From positions 1 to 64,000 of the forward strand of contig JANRKS010000035.1 in assembly GCA_033763315.1 (NCBI GenBank): 64,000 nt of DNA. Direction: 5' to 3'. Shown in pieces: positions 20,585 to 30,500 of this stretch. The number at the start of each line of letters is the position of its first letter. Position 1 is the first letter of the stretch. Under the pieces are notes generated by a model. The model made no database searches and had not been told where the DNA came from. It saw only the letters and a program-made list of their open reading frames with translations. The translations under genes were made by a program, and so were the position numbers. The stretch comes from Deltaproteobacteria bacterium. GTDB lineage: Bacteria > Myxococcota_A > Polyangia > Fen-1088.

Positions 20585-21304
20585 TTAGCCAGCGCGGAAC
20601 TGGAACTCGCGGTTGCCCACGATCTTCCCAGAGTCGGGATCCACGACGAAGGCCGTGCCTTCACCCACCATGCCGTTGAAGTTACGCAGGAACCACACTT
20701 CCACAGCCCAGGCGTTGTGGCCGGTTTCAGCGGGCGACACCCATTGCGCGGCTTCGGGGCCACCTAGGCCCATCGGACGCTCTTTGACGCCCTCACGCAA
20801 GGCCTTGTATTCCGCGGAATCGCGAACGATCTCTTCGGCGCGACGACCAACCGTGGGGGCCACCGTGTGGCGCCAAGCACTCATCAGGCGGTATTTGGTT
20901 GGGGGCTCGCCTTTGATGTCGAACTCAGCCTCGTAGGCTTCATCCGCTTCAAGGCCGGAGAAATCAGGTACGTCAAACTCGGGGAATAGATCCTGCCGCG
21001 CGATCGCCTCGGCGCGGGCCCGGAAGCTCTGTTCGCCGGCCGCCAGGCGTGACTGGTCGTAGTAGGCGTAAAGCCTCAAGATCAACTGCTTCGAGGGTAA
21101 GCGGTGGTCCCAGTCCAACACCCAAAAGGCACCGGCGAAGGTGCGTTTGTCGAAAGGTGCAAACTGCGGCAAAGCGGCCGCCACGGGCGCCAGGGCTTCG
21201 GCATTTGCCAAAAGTTTCTGGTATTCGACCCGGGGGTGGCGCTTGCCTCCCTGAACCAACCGATCTTTGAGGTCAACAGCCCCCATGGGTCCCTGCATTT
21301 TCAC
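20585..21304 (-). CDS. Hypothetical protein
   Basis: Long ORF with protein-like composition, co-oriented with its neighbours. No recognised motif. Confidence 0.65.
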   Translation of the reverse strand: MKMQGPMGAVDLKDRLVQGGKRHPRVEYQKLLANAEALAPVAAALPQFAPFDKRTFAGAFWVLDWDHRLPSKQLILRLYAYYDQSRLAAGEQSFRARAEAIARQDLFPEFDVPDFSGLEADEAYEAEFDIKGEPPTKYRLMSAWRHTVAPTVGRRAEEIVRDSAEYKALREGVKERPMGLGGPEAAQWVSPAETGHNAWAVEVWFLRNFNGMVGEGTAFVVDPDSGKIVGNREFQFRAG

Positions 21305-21392
21305 CGGCCAGCCGGAAAGGTAAAGGGAACAAAGCAGAAATTGCGGCAGAAGCGGACATCAGGCGCCATTCCCTTCACTTAAACGGGCCAGG

Positions 21393-22208
21393 CTAGAGCA
21401 CGCGCGCCAGTTGGTCGACCAATCCGTCGATGCGGCCTGCCATAAGCCTGCTGGCGGCGCGCCCCACACAGAGGCGGGCGCTGACCTGCATGATGGTTTC
21501 GACTTCGCGAAGGTTGTGTTGGCGCAGCGTTTCACCGCTGGAAACCAGATCCACGATTCGGTCAGCCAAGCCCACGAGCGGCGCAATCTCAATCGAACCA
21601 TACAGCTTTATTATCTCGGCAACCTGGCCCTGCGCCTGCAGGTATCTTCGCGTGATCTCCACGAATTTCGAAGCGTACCGCACGTGCAGGTGGGTACCCG
21701 TCTGCAGCGGCCGGTCCGCAGGCTCGGCCACCACCATGCGGCAGCGGCCAATGCCGAGATCCAGAGGCTCATAAAGGTCGCGTCCCTGCTCGTCGAGCAC
21801 GTCACGGCCTGAGATGCCGATGTCAGCCGCGCCGTATTCCACGTAGGCCGGCACATCCGTGTCGCGCACAATCAAAACCGTCATATCCGCGGCGGGGACC
21901 GGCACAATCAAGCGGCGGCTTTCTTTGGCCGCCAACACGGCGCCCAAATCAATGCCGGCCTTACCGAAAAGCGCAATCGCCTCCTCCATGATGCGCCCGC
22001 GCGGCATGGCCAGCACCAAAGGACGCCCCGGACCCCGTGGCAGCGGCGTCATCTCGGGGTATTCCAGAACAACGGGGGCGGTGGCCAGTTTGGCTGCCGT
22101 TTTAACGGACCGGGCCTTTGGAGCCGGCGCAACCTTCGCGGCGTTTGCACCTTTCGGTCGTTTGGCTTTGCTTGCGGCTTTCGGGGTTTTGCTTTTCTTC
22201 GTTGGCAT
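21393..22208 (-). CDS. hisG: ATP phosphoribosyltransferase, short form
   Basis: AMPRGR, DVPAYVEYGAADIGISG.DVL, YGSIEIAP, IVDLVSSGETL. Lacks the C-terminal regulatory domain. Confidence 0.95.
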   Translation of the reverse strand: MPTKKSKTPKAASKAKRPKGANAAKVAPAPKARSVKTAAKLATAPVVLEYPEMTPLPRGPGRPLVLAMPRGRIMEEAIALFGKAGIDLGAVLAAKESRRLIVPVPAADMTVLIVRDTDVPAYVEYGAADIGISGRDVLDEQGRDLYEPLDLGIGRCRMVVAEPADRPLQTGTHLHVRYASKFVEITRRYLQAQGQVAEIIKLYGSIEIAPLVGLADRIVDLVSSGETLRQHNLREVETIMQVSARLCVGRAASRLMAGRIDGLVDQLARVL

Positions 22209-23471
22209 TTACTGTCCTTTGGCCTTAGCACGACGAATGTCTGCACCAAGGGCCCGCAGCTTCTTCTCGAACCCTTCGTAGCCGCGGTCCAGATGATACA
22301 CGCCGTGAACCTCCGTGGTGCCCGCGGCCACCAAGCCCGCAAGCACCAGTGCCGCTGCCCCCCGCAGATCCATCGCCCTCACCTGCGCCCCAGTAAGTTT
22401 GGCGGGCCCGCGCACCACCGCGGTGCGCCCCTCCACTGTGATGGTGGCCCCCATCCGCTGCAGCTCTGGCACGTGGGAAAAGCGGTTCTCGAACACGGTC
22501 TCACTGAGCACCGATTGGCCGCGGGCGCGGCACATGAGGGCCAAAAATGGCGCCTGCAAATCGGTGGGAAAGCCCGGGTGAGGCCGCGTAACAACATCTG
22601 TAGGCTCCACGGAGCCAAAGCCGCGCACCCGCACGCCATCAGCCTCCACGGTCAATTCGGCCCCTGCAGCGCGCAGCTTCGCCATAACGGCCACGAGGTG
22701 TTCGGGCACACAGTCTTGCACAAGCACATTGCCGCGGGTCATGGCTCCCGCCACCAACAAGGTGCCGGCCTCCACGCGGTCGGGAATCACTGCGTGGTCG
22801 ACAGGAAAAAGCTCGGGCACACCTTCAATGTTGATCGTGCGAGTGCCGGCGCCGGCGATCTTGGCGCCCATCTTGTTCAACACACACGCCAACTCCTCAA
22901 CCTCAGGCTCACTTGCGGCGTTTTCAATGGTGGTGTGGCCTTTGGCCAAAGCGGCCGCCATCATCACGTTCTCAGTGCCCGTGACGGTCACCACATCAAA
23001 AACGATCATCGCGCCTTGCAAGCGCTTGGCTTTGGCAACGACCACACCGTGTTCGAGCCCAATCTTGGCGCCCAAAGCCTGCAGCCCCTTGAGGTGCTGA
23101 TCGATCGGGCGCGCACCAAGGGCGCAGCCGCCGGGCAACGCCACTTTGGCAATCCCATAACGGGCGACGAGCGGCCCCAAAACCAAAACGGAGGCGCGCA
23201 TGCCGTTGACCAAATCGTACGAGGCTTCGCACGGGCTGGATGGAGAGCTTTGCACTGAAACAACCTGCCCCTTTGCCTTCACCTTGGCGCCCAGGTTCGA
23301 CAGCACGCGCAGCATCGTCTGCACGTCCTGCACGTTGGGCACGTTCCGGTAATTCGACTTGCCGGCGGTCAACAACGACGACGCCAAGATGGGCAAAGCC
23401 GCGTTCTTGGCACCCGACACACGCACGGCCCCCTTGAGCTTGTGTCCACCATTGATGACGATCTTCTGCAT
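22209..23471 (-). CDS. murA: UDP-N-acetylglucosamine 1-carboxyvinyltransferase
   Basis: [36 protein letters not shown]. Start ATG 23471 (MQKIVI). Confidence 0.96.
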   Translation of the reverse strand: MQKIVINGGHKLKGAVRVSGAKNAALPILASSLLTAGKSNYRNVPNVQDVQTMLRVLSNLGAKVKAKGQVVSVQSSPSSPCEASYDLVNGMRASVLVLGPLVARYGIAKVALPGGCALGARPIDQHLKGLQALGAKIGLEHGVVVAKAKRLQGAMIVFDVVTVTGTENVMMAAALAKGHTTIENAASEPEVEELACVLNKMGAKIAGAGTRTINIEGVPELFPVDHAVIPDRVEAGTLLVAGAMTRGNVLVQDCVPEHLVAVMAKLRAAGAELTVEADGVRVRGFGSVEPTDVVTRPHPGFPTDLQAPFLALMCRARGQSVLSETVFENRFSHVPELQRMGATITVEGRTAVVRGPAKLTGAQVRAMDLRGAAALVLAGLVAAGTTEVHGVYHLDRGYEGFEKKLRALGADIRRAKAKGQ

Positions 23472-23623
23472 GGGTGCGTTCGCGTACGGTCCGGCAAGCC
23501 TAAGCGGCGGGGCCAGGGCGCTGGGGACCGGCGAGGATGGAGGACCCACGCCAGCGAGTCAAGCGCGCACGCACCACCCGGTGCCAGAGCGCGCGCGGTT
23601 GCATAAGGTGGTAGTTTTGAGGT

Positions 23624-25402
23624 GTGCATACGTCCCGCAAGTTGCCCTCCGCCCTCGCCCGCTGCTTTTCCCCTCGACGCCTCACATGGCTGGGCTTATG
23701 GCTGCCGCTCGCCGCAGGATCGGTCGCCGCCTCGGCCGCGACGCCACCGGCCACCGCCGACGGCCGCTTGGTGGTGCTCAACGCGCTCAAAGCTGAATTG
23801 CAACGTTCGAAGGAAAAGTTAGCCCTTCCCGATGAGCCCGGGGCCTACTTCATTCGCTATCTGGTGCGCGACTATGACGAGCAAGATCTGGGCGCGCGGT
23901 TTGGCGCTCTCATCGAAGACAGCCGCCAGCAAGCTCGCCACGCGGCCGTTGAGGTGCGCGTTGGCAGTTATGGTTTTGACAACACGGCCGATGACGGTGC
24001 CGATCGTGCGTTCGATATGGACGACTTCGAGAAATACGATCCACCGATCGTCGCGCCGCTTGAAAATGACATCGAAGCCATCCGCGGCTCCCTGTGGCTT
24101 CAAACAGACGCGCGCTATAAACAAGCGCTCTCGGCTCTGCACAAAAAACGCGGCAAACGCGTCAGCGAAGTCGTGGAAGACGCCACGCTGCCAAGCTTTT
24201 CAAAAGAGGCGGCCACCAAGCACGTTGACCCTGTTTTGGCGCCCGCGTGGAACCACGACGCATGGGTCAAACGTCTCAAGACGGCATCCGCGCAGTTTCG
24301 TAAGGATCCGAAGATCTTCGACTCAACCATCAAGTTGAGCGTTAGCCACCAGACACGCACCATCGTGACCACTGAGGGCACGGAGCTGGTGAACGAGCGG
24401 CTCATCTATGGATTACACGTGATGGCCACAAGCCGCGCCGACGATGGTTTGCTGCTCAACCACTCGAAGAGCTTTTACGGCGCCAATGAAAGGGAATTGC
24501 CCGACGACGCCGCCTTAGAGAAATCCGTTGAAGGGTTGATGCGCGAGATCGCGGCCTTGCGAAGCGCGCCGATGTTGGATCCCTACAATGGCCCCGCCAT
24601 CTTGCTCCCCGAGGCGGCTGGCGTGTTTTTTCACGAGGCGCTCGGACACCGCCTTGAAGGTGAACGGCAAAACTCAAACAGTGAAGGCGCCACCTTCAAG
24701 GGCCAGGTGGGCAAACCGATTCTGCCGGGCTTCATCAGCGTGCTTGATGATCCCACCGTTGCACAGGTGGGCACTGTATCGCTAAACGGCCATTACGGTT
24801 TCGATGACGAGGGGGTGGCCTCCCAATCGCTGGTGTTGGTGGACAAGGGCGTGCTGCGCGATTACCTGAAAAGCCGAACACCTGTGAAAGATTCGTTGAA
24901 GTCGAACGGCCACGGACGCTCGGAAGGCACCGCGGATCCGATCGGGCGCATGGCCAACACGATGGTGCGATCGACCAAGCAAGTTCCCTACGCCAAGCTC
25001 AAGGAAATGTTGTTGGCCGAAATAAAACGGCAAAAGAAAGATTTCGGTTTGATCATCGCTGACATCACAGGCGGCCAAACCAACACCACCACCTATGACT
25101 TCCAAGCCTTCAAGGGCATGCCCCGCATCGTGTATAAGGTCGATGCAAAAACGGGGAAAGAAACGCTCGTTCGCGGCGTGGAGTTCGTGGGCACACCCAT
25201 CGGATCGCTGAACCGCATCGTGGCCGCGGGCGACAAGGCAGGCGTTTTTAACGGCTTTTGCGGTGCGGAATCAGGATACGTTCCGGTTTCAACAGTGGCG
25301 CCTGCGTTGTTGATCAGTGAGATCGAATTGCAACGCACGCGACGGGCGCTTGAACGCGCACCCATCTTGCCCGCGCCTTGGGCCGCAGGCAGCACGAAAT
25401 AG
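23624..25402 (+). CDS. TldD/PmbA family metalloprotease with N-terminal export signal
   Basis: HEALGH zinc motif, DDPT, DDEG, NGHGR, GFCG. Hydrophobic N-terminus ending AASA. Confidence 0.88.
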   Translation: MHTSRKLPSALARCFSPRRLTWLGLWLPLAAGSVAASAATPPATADGRLVVLNALKAELQRSKEKLALPDEPGAYFIRYLVRDYDEQDLGARFGALIEDSRQQARHAAVEVRVGSYGFDNTADDGADRAFDMDDFEKYDPPIVAPLENDIEAIRGSLWLQTDARYKQALSALHKKRGKRVSEVVEDATLPSFSKEAATKHVDPVLAPAWNHDAWVKRLKTASAQFRKDPKIFDSTIKLSVSHQTRTIVTTEGTELVNERLIYGLHVMATSRADDGLLLNHSKSFYGANERELPDDAALEKSVEGLMREIAALRSAPMLDPYNGPAILLPEAAGVFFHEALGHRLEGERQNSNSEGATFKGQVGKPILPGFISVLDDPTVAQVGTVSLNGHYGFDDEGVASQSLVLVDKGVLRDYLKSRTPVKDSLKSNGHGRSEGTADPIGRMANTMVRSTKQVPYAKLKEMLLAEIKRQKKDFGLIIADITGGQTNTTTYDFQAFKGMPRIVYKVDAKTGKETLVRGVEFVGTPIGSLNRIVAAGDKAGVFNGFCGAESGYVPVSTVAPALLISEIELQRTRRALERAPILPAPWAAGSTK

Positions 25403-25413
25403 GGAGACACACC

Positions 25414-26619
25414 GTGCGCGACGCTTTCATAGTTGATGCTGTGCGAACCCCGATCGGGCGCCATGGTGGTTCGCTGGCCGGCGTGCGTCCCGATGACATG
25501 GCGGCGCACATCATCAAAGCGTTGCTCGATCGCACAGGCGCTCCCGCCGACGAAATCGACGATGTGCTGTTGGGTTGCGCCAACCAAGCCGGCGAAGACA
25601 ACCGCAACGTCGCACGCATGGCGCTGTTGCTTGCCGGTTTGCCTGTGACGGTCCCGGGGGCCACGGTTAACCGGCTGTGTGGCTCGGGCCTCATGGCTGT
25701 GGCGGATGCCGCGCGGCTCATTCAAACGGGCGACGCCGATCTGGTGATCGCGGGTGGCGTTGAATCTATGTCACGCGCGCCACTGGTGATGGCAAAGGCC
25801 GACAGCGCGTGGGCACGCGGCAACAGCACCTTGTTCGACACCACGTTGGGTTGGCGTTTTGAAAACCCACAGATGCGAGCGCTTTATGGGTGTGATTCGC
25901 TGGGGGAGACGGCCGAGAAAGTCGCCGACCTGCACAACGTGACCCGCGATGAACAAGACGCCTTCGCGTTGCGCAGCCAACAAGCGTGGGGTGCCGCGCA
26001 CGCCGCAGGCCGTTTTGCCGATGAATTGGCTCCCATAACCGTGCAGGCGGGAAAAGCCACGCAATTGGTGGCGCAAGACGAGCACCCGCGCCCAAATGTC
26101 ACCGCCGCCGACTTATCGAAGCTAAAGCCTGTGTTTCGTGTGCAAGGCACCGTGACCGCGGGGAATTCCTCGGGCATCAATGACGGCGCCGCAGCTGTGC
26201 TCGTGGCCTCCGAGGCCGGACTCAAACGCCTGCAAGGTGCGCGAAAGCACCCATTGGCGCGCGCGCTCGCTTCGGTCGTCGTGGGTGTTGAACCTGCCTT
26301 GATGGGCCTGGGCCCGGTTCCCGCCGTACAGAAGTTGTGGGGAAAAACAAACCTGAACGCGACGCGTGTGGATCTGTGGGAGTTCAACGAAGCCTTCGCG
26401 GCGCAAAGCGTCCCCTGCGTCAAGCAACTGGGAATCGATCCGAATCTGATCAACGTGAACGGCGGCGCGATCGCGATGGGACACCCATTGGGATGCTCGG
26501 GCACCCGCATCACCGTGACGCTGTTGCACGAACTGGCACGTCGGCGCGGCGCCGTTGGTGTGGCGGCGATGTGCATCGGGGTGGGCCAAGGCATCGCGAT
26601 GGCCTTCGAACGCTGTTGA
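25414..26619 (+). CDS. Acetyl-CoA C-acyltransferase (thiolase, PcaF/PaaJ-like)
   Basis: RTPIG, NRLCGSG, NEAFA, GHPLG, MCIGVGQG. GTG start after GGGAG. Confidence 0.93.
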   Translation: MRDAFIVDAVRTPIGRHGGSLAGVRPDDMAAHIIKALLDRTGAPADEIDDVLLGCANQAGEDNRNVARMALLLAGLPVTVPGATVNRLCGSGLMAVADAARLIQTGDADLVIAGGVESMSRAPLVMAKADSAWARGNSTLFDTTLGWRFENPQMRALYGCDSLGETAEKVADLHNVTRDEQDAFALRSQQAWGAAHAAGRFADELAPITVQAGKATQLVAQDEHPRPNVTAADLSKLKPVFRVQGTVTAGNSSGINDGAAAVLVASEAGLKRLQGARKHPLARALASVVVGVEPALMGLGPVPAVQKLWGKTNLNATRVDLWEFNEAFAAQSVPCVKQLGIDPNLINVNGGAIAMGHPLGCSGTRITVTLLHELARRRGAVGVAAMCIGVGQGIAMAFERC

Positions 26620-26662
26620 CAGCTTACTTAAGCCGGCAAAGACGGTGTGTTAATCTCGAAAC

Positions 26663-26995
26663 GTGCCGCCTCGCGATCCCAAGGTCACGCCCATCACCCG
26701 CCATGAGCCGCGCAACTTCTACGCCACGCGGGTCACGCGCACGCACGGCAGCGAAGCATGGGACTTGTGGAGCGTCAGCGATGGCCGCCGGGTTGGTTTC
26801 CTATCAGTTGTTGATGATGGCCACGTGGTTTACGCCCTCGCCACCGTCAAACGCGGAACCGCCCATGACGAGGTGGTGGATCTCGTCGAAGGATTCTTTT
26901 CTCCCTCGGCCACCGACGCGCAAAGCCTGGAAATCATTATCAGCGATTACAGCGATGAACCTGCGCTGTTTGAGTCCGCGCTGCGCGAAGCCTGA
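26663..26995 (+). CDS. Hypothetical protein
   Basis: Protein-like composition. Fills the gap after the thiolase gene. Confidence 0.55.
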   Translation: MPPRDPKVTPITRHEPRNFYATRVTRTHGSEAWDLWSVSDGRRVGFLSVVDDGHVVYALATVKRGTAHDEVVDLVEGFFSPSATDAQSLEIIISDYSDEPALFESALREA

Positions 26996-27018
26996 GGCGG
27001 CCGGATGGCCTGATGCCC

Positions 27019-27318
27019 TCAGTTGACGTCTTTGGGCCGGAAATCCGACCAGACGTCATATTCATCGGCGTACATATCCGCGGCGCGCTCAAAAAAATCG
27101 ATCTCAACCGGGGTGAACACCGTCTCTAGTTCAGGCGGCGGAGGAACCTTCGAGGCTTTTCGCTTGCGCGTGTGCGCTCGGTGCGGCTCTGGCGCTTCGT
27201 CTTCATCCACGCTGCGCAGCGCCCTTGCGCTTGGACGATGAGCCGCCGGCTCTGGTTTGGCGGTGGTGCCGCCGCGCTTGGCTGGCGACGGCGTTTTTGT
27301 TTTCTTCTTCGCGCTCAA
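27019..27318 (-). CDS. Small hypothetical protein, basic N-terminus and acidic/aromatic C-terminus
   Basis: 3' part of ORF 27019..27777. Probable TTG start at 27318 (MSAKKKTK...). Ends FTPVEIDFFERAADMYADEYDVWSDF. Confidence 0.5.
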   Translation of the reverse strand: MSAKKKTKTPSPAKRGGTTAKPEPAAHRPSARALRSVDEDEAPEPHRAHTRKRKASKVPPPPELETVFTPVEIDFFERAADMYADEYDVWSDFRPKDVN

Positions 27319-27553
27319 GACGTTTGTTCGCAGACGACGTTGGCCAGGTAGTCTGGCAGATGAGTCCGCCAGGGCCAACCCACCTTTGCGGGTGCCCCCG
27401 GGGCCGCGACGGGTGGCCTGGGGTAACCGCCCTCGGCACCTACACACACGCCATTGCAGCCGAATGAGCAATGGCACCGAAGCGGCACAAATTGCGCATG
27501 CCGCCGTCGTTTTTTCCTGTGCGAACAGGCGGGGCCGGATATTCTCGCACGCG

Positions 27554-30500
27554 ATGATTCTGTCAGGAGTGGTAGCGACGGGCCCATTTCGGGGTGCCCT
27601 CCCCTTCGATGAGTCAGGCAGCAGCGTGTTCTTTGGTCGCCAAAGCGAGCTTGAAAGTCTGTACTCACAAGTAACGCAAGAAGGCGTGAGGGTTTCAGCG
27701 CTCACCGGCCCCTCGGGCGTCGGCAAGACGTCGCTGTTGCGCGCCGGGCTGCACCCCATCCTCGCCTCTGAAGGCATGTTGGGGATTTATGTGGGCGACT
27801 ATGAAAACCTCGACCAGGAGGTGACCCAGGCCGCCAGCCGCAGCCGCGCGCAGCCGCCGGGGCAAGGCGAACTCATGTCCGACTACGTGGCTCGCCTCGC
27901 GCACGCGGCCCCCGGTGGCGCGGTGTTGATGTTGGACCACCTTGAAACCGTTGTGTCTGACGCCGCGCCAGCGGGCTCGCGCGAAAAACTGTCAACGTTC
28001 TTGGCGGGCGTGTTGTCGGCGGGCGGCACCAAGTTGCGTCTGCTGTTCTCGGTGGACTCTGACGCTTACCACCTGCTGGGGCGTCTGTTGCCGCGCAGTG
28101 TATTGGCAGCTACGGGCTCTACGTTCGAGCTGCGTAACTTCGACGAAGATCAAGCCGCCGCTGTGATCGAACAAACGGCGTTGCAAACCGGCACGTTCAT
28201 CGAAGCGGGTTTGGCCAGTCGTATCTCCACCGATTTGTGCCGCAAAGGCCGCTGCTTTCCACTGGATTTGCAGATGGTGGCACGCACCATGATGGATCTG
28301 CGCCTCACCTCAATCCGCCGCTATGAACGCAGCGGTGGCGCGACGATGCTCTCGCAAACGTTTTTCGACCGCGTCGTGGCCGAGGCGGGCGGCCGCACCG
28401 GCCTACGCGTGTTGTTGGACGTGATTGGCCACGGCCTATCAACGATCGATGAGATCGCCACGCGCAACCATCTTGCCAAAGCCGAGGTGGAGCGCGCCGT
28501 TTCCACGTTTGTGGGCCGTGGTGTGTTCGGCAAACGCGAAGGTGAACGCGCCGATCGGTTTGCGTTCTTGCATCCAGCCTTGGCGGAACGTGCCGCGGCC
28601 TATTGCGCGCTTGACCGCGCGAAAGTGGATCGCATCCGAAGGCGGCTTCGCCAGCGCGTGCTGGCCGGCCAACGCTTGACGGTTCCCGAATTGGTTTCGG
28701 TGTGGCGTCATTTGGGGCGCGCGCTGTCGGTCGAAGAGCAAAACACATGCAAACGCAGCATTCGGCGCAAGGTCTTCAACGTTAGCCTCACCGGCTTGGT
28801 GCTGGTCGCCTTGGTGGTGGTGCTGTTCATTGAACTGAGATCGTCATACTCACTTGATTTTGAGCCTAAGGAGTCGCTGGGACAAGCGCGCGTGGTGGTG
28901 CGCATGGGCCGCCCAGGGCGACCATTGGTATCGATGCTGCCTCACGATCCGCCGTTCGGTTCGATCGTGGCCGACACGGGTTTCGCGCGCGCGGGCCTAG
29001 CCGAAGATCTACGTGAACGCATCGATCAGGGCCACGTCACGGGCAAACTTGATCGCGCCAAAGGCCACACCGTGCCTGGTTGGTTGCAAACGGTCTTAAG
29101 CGGCCTGCGCCCTGTGCAGCGTGGCAGCGCGGCTTTGCTGTTGGGCGAGCCCACAGGCATCAAGGCATTGCAACAAGCATTCGCCGATCCGGTGGCGCGG
29201 CGAGAAACTCTGGATGTGCTCGAAGTTGTGGGCCAAGGCGGTGCGGGCGAGGAAGAATTGCTGGCAGCCGCTTTGTCAGACACAACCCCTGAGCTGCGCC
29301 GTCGCGGCGTTGAAGTGGCTGCGGCCATCGACCGCCGCCTCGGCAACGGCGCGCACGCGGCCACTTTGCGTGCAGCGCTTTCTGATCCTGATCCGTTGGT
29401 GCGCAATGCGGTGCTAGGAGCGTGTGCGGTGCTGCCGCCGTCTGAAGCGTCTGATGTTCTGCGCGTGGCTCTAACACACGCCGAACCTGGCATGCGCCAT
29501 CAAGCCGAAGACACTGTGCTTGATTTGGCGGTGAAGGCCCCCAAAGAGGCGGCGATGGCGGCGGCTTCGGTGGCGCAATCCACAGACGCACCCACGCGTC
29601 GCAATGGCCTTGAGCTGCTTGAGAAGGTGGCCACCAATTCCCCGAAAGGCACCGACGAAGTGCTGCGACAGTTGGTGAGCGATGCCGCGGCCCCGGAAGA
29701 CACCCGGGTGGTGGCGTTGCGGCTCTTGCGACTGGGTGGCGCTTCGCCTGAAGGCCTACGCGACATCGTGGCACACGCGATTGCCAGCGACGAATCGCCG
29801 CGGTTGCGGGCGGCGGCCCTACCGATTTACGCACGCACGATCGAACCTGAAGCCGCCGAAGAGCTGGCTCACAACGAGAACAAGGGAACAGTGCAATCTC
29901 GCGCGGCCGCCACAGCGATCTGGGCCGCGTTGGTGCAAAGCCGACCCGAAGCCGCCAGTAAAGCATTAAAGGCCGCGCTGTTTGATCCGGCGCCTGAAGT
30001 GCGGGCCGAGGCCGCGCGTGCGTTGGGTGCCCTGCGCCGCGACGCGATCACCGTGCTGCCGCGCACGCTGCTGGATCCGAACGTCGAAGTTCTCCGTGGG
30101 GGGCTTGAAGCCTCCGTCGTGATGGCCACATCCAACTTTTATGCGGTCGTGGAAGCGTTAACCAAAGGGCTGCGCGTGGTGCGGCCTGGGTGGCGCAGTG
30201 ACATCGTGCAAACATTGGGGAAGGTTGGTGAAAAACGGGCCAATTCAGTTTTGCCACCACTGATGCGCGTGTTCAAGGAAGGCCCCGCTGACGCCAAACG
30301 CACAGTGGCCCGCACGCTGTGCAACTTGTCTCGCTTTGAACCGCAGGTTGTATCGCCCTATCTTCGCAGCGTCGCGCGTGACACAGACGCTTCCGTGCGC
30401 TCCGCCGCAGCCAATTGCCTAGACGTGTTGGCCGCCAGCGACCCGAAGGGCGCCGCACGTTTGGCACGCGAGTTGGCTCAAGCAGAAGATGCCACCGTGC

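Noticed and set aside
27257-27553. N-terminal extension of the NTPase-HEAT ORF (similar over-long starts occur for recN, murA, GH2, YyaL, PilZ and the GT)
   Set aside because: Family homology begins at downstream starts, and the extensions overlap neighbouring genes or promoters.
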